DNA from: the human T2T-CHM13v2.0 reference genome, Homo sapiens
Direction: 5' to 3' (one strand)
Length of the DNA: 64,000 nt
NCBI RefSeq assembly: GCF_009914755.1
Contig: NC_060932.1
This document shows, in pieces, positions 40,421-53,600 of this stretch. The translations under genes and the position numbers were made by a program. A model generated the notes under the pieces. It saw only the letters and a list, made by a program, of their open reading frames with translations, searched no databases and had not been told where the DNA came from. Positions within the stretch are counted from its first letter, which is position 1. Every line of letters starts with the position of its first letter.

Positions 40421-41819
40421 TCAAGGAAACAAAAAAAAGTCAAGGGTGATTATAATTTACAGATGAGCTATGAGGCTTTAAATCACATGCTAAATACAGA
40501 AAAGCCAAAGAATTTACTTAAATACCTTCAAATCAGAATACAACTTTGTTTTAAGCGCAGAATTGCAAACTCTATTTTCAAGCCAGTATTACTGGATCTA
40601 GGATGATTCTGAACTGAGATTTGTGCTCACTCATAAGTAAGCCCTTAAATCTTTTCTATTAATTCTTATTGCTAACTATGATTCTACATGCCATAAAAAT
40701 TTATTACATAAGAATCTCATTGCCTTTTGTTTGCATAATTAGTACTTATTTTTAAATAACAAGTTATTTAGTATATTTTGATTCCTTTAAAATTCACATT
40801 CAGAAAAAAATCATGTTTAGTAGAATATACATCTAGTTTCATTTTCTAAGTCAATTTTTAGATCTTAATTGTTTTCTATAATTTTTGAGAGTTTTTGCAT
40901 GTCCCTCAGCTTCGCCTTATGCACAAAGTGATCAGTGATATTCAAACTCCTAGAGGCATGTGACTACCAGGAACTAATGTGAATAACATTCAATGGGGAA
41001 AAAAGAAATCCTAAAGTTTTGAAACGTAACTACTTTTCACTTAGCACACAAAAGGTGTTTGATGAGTAAGTGAAGAAGCGAATCAATTAACTAAAATGTG
41101 CACCTAAAGAGAAACTTAAATAACTTATTTTTGAAATAATGGGCACAGTGATAACTTTTCTACAATACATCATTTTCCTTCAGTCTCCTTCTGAAGAAGA
41201 CTAGTCTGCCAACTTGAGGTTGCTTCTATACTTGATTGCTATAAGCATTTATTCAAAAATATTAAAAATATTAAGGCCACAGACCACTTGCATTGGTTCA
41301 TGTTGTTATTACCAATTATATTTTGGAGTAGAAACCATACATGTTGATAAAAAAAATTAAAAAAAATTTTTAACTGTAATATATACATATATATATCATC
41401 ATCACTAATGAACATTATATATAACTTGATCATTGCAAAGGTGTCTTAAAGTTTAAATATGCCCTTGAATTTAAAGGATTCTTTCAGGAATCCTTCCTAT
41501 TAGGAAGAAAAAGTACTCTTCAACTCTAAGACTTAGTATCTTGTATTTTCTTCAAAAAGAGGCATAGTTCAATCGTCTGCTTTTGAAAACGGATAGGGCA
41601 AGACTCTCTGTTGCTTATTTATGGACCCTCCACAGTTACTGATTAAAAACTGGGTCCTCAATAAATGAATGTCAAGTAAAATAAATGTTTCATTTTGCTT
41701 CCAAATCTTAATGTACTTTTACAACCATACAAACCATACAAACCACACACTCTACATGAATTAGCACAGAGTCCTTGGAGCCAGGGAGCAGGTAAAGTTT
41801 GGGCTCTCCTCCTTGCTAC

Positions 41820-42010
41820 CTGCGGTAGAGTGACCATGTGTTTCCAAGGGGCCATCGTCCTCTGTCCTGTCACTGCGGTCTTCTTGGCAGTCTGCTTTTG
41901 GGCTGTAGTGTCGGGGCTTCATTAGCAGGGATTTCCTTTTGTTGACTGGAACCCCCAAAGCCTGATCTTCAGCTGTTCTCTTCTTTGCCATGGAGCAATC
42001 ATAGGCAACA
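41820..42010 (-). CDS. ST18: ST18 coding exon, 191 nt (S)VAYDCSMAKKRTAEDQ...THGHSTA(E)
   Basis: Acceptor ctcaatcactacag|T GTT GCC; donor ACC GCA G|gtagca; phase 2 in, phase 1 out; overlaps ORF 41761..41991. Confidence 0.94.
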
Positions 42011-43499
42011 CTGTAGTGATTGAGGAAAATTAAGAATATGGTAAATTAGCATTTACTGCTGTTTGGCATTTAACTTTCATGAAGTCTAACCTAAAGCCTT
42101 TGGAAACTTGGGACTAGAGGTTTAGGGTTGGTTACTGGCACTAACAAAAACATCCCATCTGTGGACTCCACTGAACTGTGTGGATTCTATTTTACTGCTT
42201 ATCAGAAGAATTTTTTTTTTTAAATCATCCTTAATCCTGAGTAAGCATATGTTAATCTGTGCTTTGCTTGGCACTACACTAAATACCCAGGGAGGGATGA
42301 AACAAGATTTGCACTGGTTTGCTAATCCTAAGAAACAGCTAATGTGAAAAATATACCACCAGATACAAAAAAAAAATGTGCCCAGTATGGATAAATCACA
42401 AGATTTTTCAAATAATTGTTTGCTACTGAAACTGCTTATCTCTGCCACAGTTGTGGCTCAAACTTGAAATGTCACATATCTTGGACTTTCACTTAAAAGA
42501 AAGGAGTACAGAGCAAGGGGGCTAGCTATGAACATCCTGTCTCCCCATCTCCAGTCATCAAACACAAAAAAAGTGGAAAGATGCTACATGGCATTCTGCC
42601 TTCTGATTCTCACTCACTTGGCACACAGAACAAATAAAAGGAGGAGAAATAAGATTGGATTTCACAAAAATGGACAACAGTTTATCCTCACTCCTGTTCT
42701 CATATGGTTTTATTTGGAAATGTTCCTGAGGGTGGCCCTTTCAAAATAGATTTCCTACATATAGCTCACTCAGAATTAATGCAGATCACTCTATGTGTGA
42801 AGTTAAGACAAACATTCTCTTGGCAAGATCCATGAAAATCAGAGGGTTTGGCCAACTGCGAGTCTATAAGAGATATTTATTAAATGTACTTTGAAGAAAA
42901 ATGTGGAGCTTTAGATGAAAAGATCCAGAGAAGAGAATCCTAGACTCAGAGTAAAAGGATATGACTTACTCCATCTCTAAAAGATGACTAAATCCTCAGG
43001 AATATTACTAAATAAAGAAAGGCCTTAAACCATTATTTTACAAACATCAACGCAAAAGATGGTGCCTATTCGTGAAAATGATTCGGTTATAGTCACACAG
43101 GAACTCTTGGCTTTAGAAGAGTAGGTTCAAAAACTTCCAATGGGGGTAAAAGTGTCATTTCTTCTAAGAAAGAAGAAAAAAGATCCTGGAAGAAGCAATA
43201 ATTAGACAGCTGGAAATGTCTTTAAGAAGATTAAAAAGTATAGAATTAAAAATCACCCTGATAGGTAATAGGTAAAAGAAGAGTGAAGTTTCTAAATCAA
43301 GCAATGTGCTTTCACAAAACTTCTCTGATGAACCTAAATGTAAAGTAACCAAGTACAGAATATGGAGCAAAATGGAATATAACCAGATGACTGTGGGAGC
43401 AAACACCACCATGATAAGAAGATGGGGCAGGAAGTGAGGACCAACATGGACTGCTCTGCTCATTTGTCAAGGAAAATACAAGTCCACACCGTAGATTAT

Positions 43500-45200
43500 G
43501 ATGTAATGAGAGCCAGCACAAAGAAGCGGAAACACCTTTACGCTTGCCTTCTTTGTCAAAGGAGACTGGCTTTGAGGGGCTGAACAGGGAGGCAGAAGAA
43601 ACAGATCAAAGGGGCATAGAGTTCCTAGAGAAACTCTAGGAACCTCTTGAACCTCCTGAAGAGAGTATAATAACTGTGTCAGTGTAGGATGAAAAGGATA
43701 GTTAAAGTATCCTGAGTCAAATGAATTTCCACCAAAAAAAATCCTTGCAAAATATAAAACTAAGATCATTAAGCCATTATCATGAGCCAAGATTTGTAGC
43801 AAATGGGAGAGGCTCCTACGTCATTCAGATATTAAAGCAGGGAAAGGAAGTGGATTCTAAAAATCATAGTAATTGAAGCATAACATTGGTATTGGGAAAA
43901 CAGCTAACAAAGGATATTAAAGTGAAGATGTTTCAGGATCCCGATTTCAATTCTTTTACATAAATACCCAGAAGTGGGGCTGCTGGATCATATGGTAGTT
44001 GTATTTTTGAGGAACATTTGCCCAGTTTTCTATGTTCATTGAATTTCTATGTTCATTGCAACTATCCCCAATAGCCAAGATGTGGAAACCACCTAAATGT
44101 CCATGAATAATTGACAAATTGATATGTGGTGCATACATACAATGAAATACTCTCCATTCTTTAAAGAGAAGGAAATATTGTAATATGCAACTACATAGAT
44201 GAAGCTTGAGGACGTTATTCTCAGTGAAATAAGCCAGACAAATGAAAGACAAATGCTGTGTGACTACACTATAAGTATCTACAATAGTCAAAATTGTAAA
44301 ATCAGAGTGGGATGGTGGTTGCCGGGGGATGAGGGAGGGGGAAATGAGAGTTACTAATCAAACAGGCATAAAGTTTCAGTCAAGCAAGATGAATTAGCTC
44401 TAGAGATATGCTGTTCAACACTGTACCTAGAGTCAACAATAGTGTACTTCACACTTGAAAATGAGCTCTCATGCTGCATGTTCCATAACAGGACTGAAGA
44501 AGGAGGAGAAGGAGAAAGAGGAGATTTATTTTTTGGCATCAGGAAGCATTGATCAATGAGACCTCAGGTGGCAGGGATGGTTAATAAAAAAATTGGTCAT
44601 TAAAAAAAGTCATTTCTGACTTTGACGACTGCGGTGATGAATGGGCCTGAACTCATACTGACTTTAAGATCCTTACAAACTGTATCTTGTTAATATCATC
44701 ATCCAAATTTACTTATAAAAACGAATCACATTAACTGCTAGTAGTGGGGCCAATATTTGAATCCAAGTCTATAGGGCTCCAAAGCTCACGTCCTCTCCTC
44801 CATTTTACTACATAAGGACATAGATGTGGGTGATTTCTGTATGCATTTGACAGTTGGTTAGAGTAGAACCTGGATGAAACAGCAACCTCTCTAACTAGAA
44901 GAAAGATGCCTGCCACAGGACCTTGCCCACTGATTTGAGTGAGGATATACACAACAGTCATTCAGCCTGAAGAAGATACTGAGTTGCAGCAATGAGAAAC
45001 ACCTTGCAAAGTAATAAACTAAGACACTCCCAAAATGTCCATAGCCTGGGGCAGGAGAATGAACCTAATGAGATGGCAGTTGAAGACTATAAAAATAAAG
45101 TTCAAGATTTGGGTCCAAATAATAACTGTGTGAGTGTAGGATGAAGAGGATATGTAAGGTTTTTATCAGAACTAAAAGTTTAGCTTATAATAAGCTATTG
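43500..45200 (+). mobile_element. Very old L3/CR1 LINE remnants interrupted by L1 and MIR
   Basis: Weak resemblance to CR1 ORF2: aagtatcctgagtcaaatgaatttccacc, ggaaaggaagtggattctaaaaatcatag, aagttcaagatttgggtccaaataat. Confidence 0.4.
43931..44490 (+). mobile_element. L1MA9-like 3' fragment with a 5' inversion
   Basis: Antisense L1 segment 43931-44033 (atacccagaagtggg..ctggatcatatggtagtt) joined to a sense 3' end (aatagccaagatgtggaaaccacctaaatgtcc...ggcataaagtttcagtcaagcaagatgaa). Confidence 0.85.
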
Positions 45201-46679
45201 TATTTGATAATAAGAGTATGTGAAATCACTTAAGTAATACTAGCTGTGTAATCTGCAACAGATAGTTAAATTTTTGGAATATCAAATTCTTCATCTACCA
45301 AATGGAAATAATAACTTCTATATCACAGGTTTTGTGGATAAAAGAGATAACATCTGTGCTAGTAGTGACAAAAATAGGTAAAGATGGAACTGTCTTGGCT
45401 CCCAGCTCAGGGCTCTCTGGACTCCATCAACACTGGCTAATGCAGCATCGCAAGCTTTCTCCCTGGCACGCTACAGAGATTTACGCAATGCATGTATGTC
45501 CATAAAGGCATTCTACTTTTTAACATATTATTTATATTTACATAAATTGCATTAGATTTACACATAACATTTGCTTTAAATCTCACATTCTGTGCATTTC
45601 TCCACTGGAAAATACCCACGGCCCAGGCAGCATTTGGAGCTGAAATGAAAGGCTTTATAATAAATATTACTCTTTGTGTGTGCATGGAAAATGGTCCCTT
45701 TTCCTAGTTTTCCCTGAGGGCACACTATTTTGGCTTTATTGTGACACTTCACTGTGACACTGCAATGAGGGAAAGCCATGCTTTACATGTCACTGAGAGA
45801 AATGCCACAAAATGCTAACATATCTTCTCAAGGTTGCCAGAAATCATTTCCACTGGGTTGTGTTTTCCCATCTGCGGAGCTCTGAAATGTTAAGGAAATA
45901 AATGAGCTCTATTATCTATATTTTTCTAGTAGATGAAAAAGAAGAGAAAAAATACACTCAGCCCTGCATTTATTGTTCTATTCAATCAAACTGTTGCTTT
46001 AAACATCCAGCGTCCCCCAGGAAACTTTATCAATGCAGCAAATATCTTTCAACTCCATACTTTTCAAGTTTTGACTGTATTAAAATCTATTTAAAAGATC
46101 TGTATTTTTTACCTGAAACTTTTTGATTATATATTTGAGAAATATACCTTTTACTTAGAAACTTGAATTCTCATTTGAAATGATATTCCCTTTGACACAA
46201 TAGTTGAATGAAAATTTTTTTGAAAAATCATTGAAGCAAACCATAATTAGATAACACTAGTGATCAATTCTGCACTGGAAGTATGTTTAGAAGTCAAATG
46301 TGTTGACCTTTCAGGTTTCAGAAAAGATACATTAGGAAACTGTGAATCCTCCACATCTAGAGTTTTCAACTTACCTACTATAGTAATAAATTCTCAATGA
46401 AGTTTTCAGAAGTTATGTAACATAGTTTTAAAATGTAGGTTCAGCAATAGATACATTCTGGGCACACATCCCCAAAAGAATAAAATGCAAAAATAAACAG
46501 AGATTGTGAACCTCTGAGTCCAAGGAAAACACTTACATGCTTCAAAATTTTCATGGAAAATTCATAGCAGGTATTCCTACTGATTTCTTCTAATGAGACA
46601 GAATACCACAGATTCATTGAAAGGGGCCAAGAAGTATGAATCTGAATTAAGACTAAGAAGATTGACAGAAAAGAAACAA

Positions 46680-48750
46680 AGTAACAAAGGTATGATGATT
46701 GAAAAAGAAAAAATTAAACTATTATTATTTGTAGAGGTATGATTATGTTTGAGGAAAATCCAAAGGAATCTACAGATACAATTTAAAAACAAGTAAATTT
46801 AGTGAGTTCACTATTCAAAAATTCATTTTACTTCTATAAACCAGCCACAAACAATTAGAAAATAAAAATTAAAAAACATTTACAATAGCATAGAAATATG
46901 AAATACCTAGGAATAAATCTAACAGATGTACAAACCTATACACAGTAAAGAACATAGTGAGAAAGCTAGTGAAGGCCTAAATAAATAGAGAGATGCAAAG
47001 TGTTCATGGATGAAAAGACTCAGTATAGCAATTTCAACTCTCCCCTTCTTTATCTATTAGATTCAATGCAATTCCTACCAATACCTCCAGAGGATATTTC
47101 TTAGAAGTTTACAAGTTAATTCTACAATTTCTGTGGAAATGAAAAGAACCAAGAAGAGCAAAGACAATGTTGGAAAAGAACAACAAAGTTGGAAGCCTTA
47201 CAATGTTGAATGTCAAAACTTGTCATAAAACTGTAGTAGCTGAGATGAGGTATTATTGGTGCAAATATTAAAAAAAACAGACCAATGGAACAGCATAGAT
47301 GTTCCATTTATTGGGTCCAGAAATAGACCCACACATACACGGTCAACTGATGACAAAGGCATCATTGGGCAAAGGGTTGTTTCTTCAGTGAACAGTGCTC
47401 GATTAATTGGATATCTATCTGAAAAAGAGATCCCTCTACTTGTACCTCACAGTGTACACAATAAACTCCAGAAGGATGGCGAATTTGCACTGTAAAATAA
47501 TAAAACTTCTAGAAGAAAATGTGAGATATTACCTTCAAAATGTGAGATAATATCTTCACGACCTTGGGGTAGGCAAAATTTTCTCAAGCAGTTTATAAAC
47601 AACACTAATTTAAAGGAAAACACTGACAAATCAGAGCACATTAAAATGAAAAACTTTCATTTATCAGAAGTTGCCAACCAGTAAGGGGAGCCTCCTATTA
47701 ACATTCCATTTCTCCATCCATTTACACAAGCACTGTGAGGTTGTGAAGAGCCATGAGCCCCGCTTCTTGATATGCATACTCTTCTATATGTATGTCATGC
47801 TGTATGGTTTTCCAAAGACCATTAAGAGAGAAGAAGCAAGCCAAAGAGTGGGAGAAGGTATTTGCAGTACCTACATCAAAAAATAACTTCTATACAGAAT
47901 ATATAAAGAATTCTTCCAAATAAACAAGAAAAGACAGACTGCCAATTTTAAACCTAGGCAAAGTACACGGGCAGTCACTTCACAAAAGAACTTTTGGCTG
48001 ATACACAAATGCAAACGTGCTCAGATTCTTTCGTCTCCAGGGAAATGCAAACACCTACACTTAGGTACTGCTCATGCCAACTGGGATGGCTAAAATGAAA
48101 AGACCGACAAACCCCAAATGTCGGTGAGGATCTCAGGCAACTGGAACGCTCATACACTGCTAGCACAGGTAAATCGGTATGGCTGCTTTGGAAACTGCTC
48201 AACAGTATCTACTAAAGGTGAACAGATGTCTACCCATGGCCCAGAAATTCCATTCCTAAGTACACACCTGAAAGAGCCATGTCCATATATGCACAAAAGG
48301 TATGTTCAATAATATTCACAGCAGTAGTCTCTCCCATACCGGAAACATCGCATAGTCCTTTGACTGCAGAATGAATAAAAGACGGTAGAATATTCATGGC
48401 TCTGAATACGCTAGCCGTGAGGAAAAGGCAATTGTTGCTACAAATAACACGGATGAATCCGATACACATATGGTTGAGTCAAAGAATCTAGGCAATGAAA
48501 GTGCATACATAATGTCCAAAACCAGCACAATTAGTCGATGAAGGCGGAGTCAGGGATGATGACTTTTGTGAGGGTCACAGCTGTGGGAGGTATGAAGGAA
48601 ATGGCTGGGATGCTGATAAAGTCCTGTTCCTTGTTCTGGTGGTGGTTTCATGGGTATGTTCATCTAGTGGAAACTCACAAGGCTATACATACATAAGTTG
48701 TGAATTTTTTGGATATGTTTTATACTTCAATAAGTTTACTTAAAAAAAAA
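46680..48750 (+). mobile_element. Old L1 (L1ME-like): ORF2 3' part, 3' UTR and poly-A
   Basis: aaatacctaggaataaatctaac, tagattcaatgcaattcc, ccagaaatagacccacacata, cccagaaattccattcctaag; ends tatacttcaataagtttacttaaaaaaaaa. Confidence 0.9.
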
Positions 48751-48889
48751 AGAGTCTTAGCAGGTCCATTTGCAGCCTGGTATAATGTTCAGCCAATGTG
48801 AGCTGCAAATTTCTTTGATTACCGAAAGTATTTATAGACTAAAGTCAAAGGTCCTGACTTTAATTGTAGGTTCTAAACCCAATAGAGCC

Positions 48890-49120
48890 AATGATAACAG
48901 GTAAGATTTAGTGAGTACTTGCAATGTGCCAGGGAGTGCTCTAAATTATTTACATGTATCAGCCCACTGGATTCTTGTAATAATATCCTGAGGTTGGTAC
49001 TATTATATCTCTAAAGCTCAGAGAGGTTGATTTGTCAAATATAAAACAGCCATTAATGAAAGAGTCCAGATTTGAACTCAGGCAGTCTGGACCTAAATCA
49101 TACCTACAATTATTTAATAC
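48890..49120 (-). mobile_element. MIR SINE
   Basis: gagtacttgcaatgtgccagg..gctcagagaggtt..gatttgaactcaggcagtctg. Confidence 0.8.
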
Positions 49121-49714
49121 TGTCCTTGAAACTATCCATATCATACTATTCAATGATTTAATGAGCAGACTTGCTCCAGTGAGTGAACACAGCCAATGAT
49201 GGAAGAATATAAAAAGCTTTCCAAATTAACAGTCTTACTTTGTAGAGGCCAATTGTTGAACTTTATTTGGTTTAGAATTACAGTCCTCAACTTTTTCTTA
49301 AAGGATAATAGATCACTTTTTTGAGATACTGATGGGGAAAATTTTCCTTGACCTAGGAAAGGAAAGGCATTTTTCATTTACTAAATCTAAGATGAGCTGT
49401 GATTAAAGAGAGGTGATCCTTTTTGCTTTTTGGTTGAGAGTTTGTCTTGCAGATGTTCTCAATGGTATCCGTATGTACATTTGGCCTAATTACCCAATAC
49501 ATAAATTAAAGAACCATGTCTGAGTTAATTTGCATTTCTATACCACATTTCTAAAACAATTGCAATCTATACTTAAAATAATGATTATTAATTAATGCAA
49601 TTGATCTTTAATTCCTTTTGCATACTTCTAGTTAAAACAAAACTCAACAATTATTCAGCAAAATCAATGTATATGGACAGTACTATTTTTCCAGCTTATA
49701 TTACTTTGGAAATA

Positions 49715-50690
49715 TTCACTTATTCAATAAATACGTAATAAGTGCTAAATAAACATTTATTTATCAATGTCGTAAGTTTTAAGGATATAGCATGGAATAA
49801 AATTGAAAAAGTGTCTCTCTTCCTAGAGTTTTATTATGGAGAAAAGAGATAGAAAATCCTTAAATTGAGTAAAATACATAATATGTTTGAAGATGTTTGC
49901 TTTGGAAAAAATACAGCAGAGAAGCGAAACAGGAAATATATGCTAGCAAAGGATCAGAGTTTGAGATCATGTGGTCAGGAAAAGCCCCATTAAGAAGACT
50001 GAATTTTAGTAAAGATCTCAAGGAGGTTAGATAAGGGAGAAAATGCAGAAACAGTGGGGCACAGGATTGCAGGCAGCAGAAACAGCAGGTGCAAGGGCCC
50101 TGAGATAGCACCGTGCAAGGCACATCTGAAGGCGAACACAAAGGCTCAGGCACAGTGAAGGAGGAGGAATAATAGGAGATGAGGTCAGAGAAATAATGGA
50201 TTCAGATTATGCTGAGAACTACAGACCATTTTAGGAACTTTGACTCAGTGAGATTTGAATACGTTGTAGTGTTTTGATAGAGTGACGGGCTGATTTGTAT
50301 TTTAGGAGGACTATTCTGGCTTCCATGTTAAGAACAGTTGTAGATAGAAGGTTAGAAACAAGGAGCATGGTCAGGGATTATGGCAATAAACCAGATGAGA
50401 GATGTGAGTGATTTGGATTGTGGCTGTACTAGCAGTGGTGATGAGAACTGGTGAGATTCTGAATACATTTGCAAGAGAAAGCAAATGGAATTATGAGAGA
50501 TTAGATGATGGATGTAAAAGAGAGTAAAGGGTCAAGAATGCCTACAAGGTTTTTCTCTTAAGAACTGGAATCATGTAGTTACCATTTCTGAGATGGGTAG
50601 GACTTGCAGAAGCAGGATTCACAAGGGTTGGAGATTGGGAGTTCAAACTGGAGCACGTTAAACTTGCAATGCCTACTGCATATGGTGACA
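49715..50690 (-). mobile_element. L2 LINE fragment
   Basis: ttattcaataaat.., gcaggtgcaagggccctgag, ggagatgaggtcagaga, gtggtgatgagaactggtgagattctgaatacattt. Confidence 0.85.
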
Positions 50691-50699
50691 GAATCTGGA

Positions 50700-53600
50700 C
50701 CTTTTGATTGACACACTAAGAAATATAAAATCCTAAGAGTGCCCTGGATCCTCTGAGCCATAAAATTAGTCCCCTTCTCCCTGCATCACACTGGAGATGA
50801 TGAATACATGCTTCCATCTCCCCTCCTTGCCCCCAAACAATAACCAACATCATCACACCACAGCATCTGGCTTTCTAAGAGTAGAAAGGGTGCACAGGCC
50901 AAAAGGAGCTGCAGGATCTAGCTCATATGTATGGCAGGAGCTAGAGGTGTACAGACAAGCTGGATCCTGAAGGTGCTGGATCAAAGGTATGGAATATCAA
51001 CTTGGATAAGGGAAAGTTGATGGCAAGCCAACTCCCATGCTGGATTGGCATTTGAAAGCCTAGAAAAACAATGGCCCACACTAATCAGTGATTCCAGAAC
51101 TGCCATTACAAAGGATAAAGAAGGGATCAAAAGATTCAGAGAAGTGGACATTCTAGGATAGATACCTTCCATAGGCCAGGAAACCCATCCCAATGAAAAT
51201 CGATGATTCTTGGCTTTTTGTCTCTGGGCCTGAAGCAGTTCTTAAACTCAGAACCCAGTGATTGAAAGAGAAGAGCCATGTCCTTTCAAGGAAGTTCCCA
51301 ATGGTGAAGGTCTCCCTAGTCTCTTTTCTTAAGGACCTATGGTCGTTTACTTGGAGAACAATTACCCTGGGGAAAAAAGACTGCACAAGCATTCACGGAC
51401 TATTGCACTTATTGTCCGAGTTGATACCTAGGGACTGAAGCTTCATCATGGCCCTTTGATAGAGTGGGAGAATATGGGGGCAGATCACAAATGAAAACCT
51501 GTCCCAGGGGGTGTCCTGGCTTCACAAATCTTTCTCATGGGTGTACTACTGGTCTCTGCATGTATAATTGGTGCAGATACATATTGGCTTCTTGGCTAGT
51601 GCGGTAGGAGCTAATAAAGTGAGACCCACAAATGAAATCCTCTAAAACTTCTCCCATTCTGTTACCAGATAGTAGATTTAAACATTATATTCTAGATGGA
51701 ATGGCAAACATTAGTACAGGTTGGGTATCTCAAATCCAAAGATTCAAAATGCTCCAAAATTTGAATTTTGGGGGCACTGACATGATGTCACACATGGAAA
51801 ATTCCACACCTGACCTCATGTGACAGGTGCATTCAAAACTTTGTTTCATGCACAAAATTTTAAAAAATATTGTATGGAATTAACTTTAACCCATGTGTAA
51901 AACATGTATATAAAACAGAAATGAATTTCATGTGTAGACTTGGGTCCCATTCCCAAGATACCTCATTATGTATATGCAAATATTCCAAATTCTGAAAAAT
52001 CCAAAATCCAATACACTTCTATGTCCCAAGCGTTTCAGATAAGGGAGATTCAAGCTGTACCACCCTTAAACTTATAGGATGCATGGCTGATGGTCCCTAT
52101 CATTTTTTTTCCATTTAATTAACCAGTGTGGACCCTACAAGACTGATCCTGGGGGCCGACAGTGGACTGCCATCACGTCAAACAAGTACTGATCCCAACT
52201 GCAGCTGCTATGCCAAAATATGAGATCTTTGCTTTAGTGGATTAACATACACTCAAATGCATGTTTTGCAGTCCCTGACATGGTAAATGTGTTCTTTTCC
52301 ATCTCTATCGGAAGCAGAACCAAGAGTAGTTAGCATTCTAATGATGAGATCATGCAGAGCTGTGATCTTGCTGAGGGCTGTGCTAACTGCTATCCTTTGT
52401 CAGGATATAGTTTGAAGGGACCCGGAGAATCTGGATAACCCACAGACCATCCCATTGTAAATGTTGTTGATGATACCATGCTAAGGAGAACAGAGAAGCA
52501 GGAGGTGGCAAGTATTTTGGAGGCTTTGACAAGACATCTGTGTTTGAGAGATGGAAGATAAGTCGAACGAAGATTCGGGGCACACCATATCGGTGAAGTG
52601 CTTAGGGGCTCAGTGGTCTGGGGCATTCTGGCATATGCCCACTTATAACAAAGGACAAATTATTGCATCTCACACTTCCCACCACTGGGAAGGAAGCATA
52701 ATATCATATTGGCTATTTTAGGTTCTGGGGATAGCATATTCCACACTTGGGACTACTGCTCTGAATCACACATTGAGAGACAAGGCCAGTTTTGGCTGCA
52801 TAGCAAGTCCAGGCTGCAGTGTGGGAAGCCCTGTTGCTTGGGCCATACAACCTGGTAAAGCCAATGGTTTGTTTAGAGGTATCTGTGCTCAGAAAAGATG
52901 CCGATGGAATTCATGGCAAGGTCTAATAGACAAATCAAAATGCAGACCCACAGGGGACTGGAGCAAGGCCATGTCATGTGCAGCAAAGAATTATGCACTG
53001 CTAGAAAAACAGCCCTAGTAGAGACAAAATCCCTGACCATGATGTCAGAGCCAACCATCATGAACTGGATTCCGTTAGACTCACCAAGTCATAATGTCAA
53101 GCAGGCCCAGAAACAATCCATCATGAGATGGAAGGTCCAAAATTCGGCTGAAACAAGTCTAGTGGGAACAAGCAAGCCATATGAGCAGGCAGCCCAGACC
53201 TGTGACATCCACCACAGTGGCGGGAGTACCTCACCCTCAACTACCACATGCAGGGCATGTGCAGGCTTCTGAATAACAGCTATGAAGAAAAGAAAAGGAA
53301 GAGTTAGTTCGTACATGGTTCACCTCAGCATCTGAGTTCAGTGTGAAGTTGGTCAGCAGGTCACAACTTAAGGGTGAGTCTGAGAGGAGCAGAGAGAAGA
53401 AATCTTCCCAATGGGCAGAGATATAGGGAAGGGCTCAGGTGCAGCTGGTTCTCCACTTTGCATGGAGAGAAAAGTGCCTGAGGTAAGAAAATATGCGGGC
53501 CCATGGGCAAAGCGAAGAGCTTAGCTAGTCAGGCAGGGACAAGGAGATGAATGGTTTAACTGGAATATCAGGGAACAGGAGGTCTGAGGAAGAGGCATGT

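Noticed and set aside
41474-41508. Adjacent short inverted repeats and CArG-like cctattagg
   Set aside because: Stems of 8 bp or less are expected by chance, and there are only 5 A/T between CC and GG.
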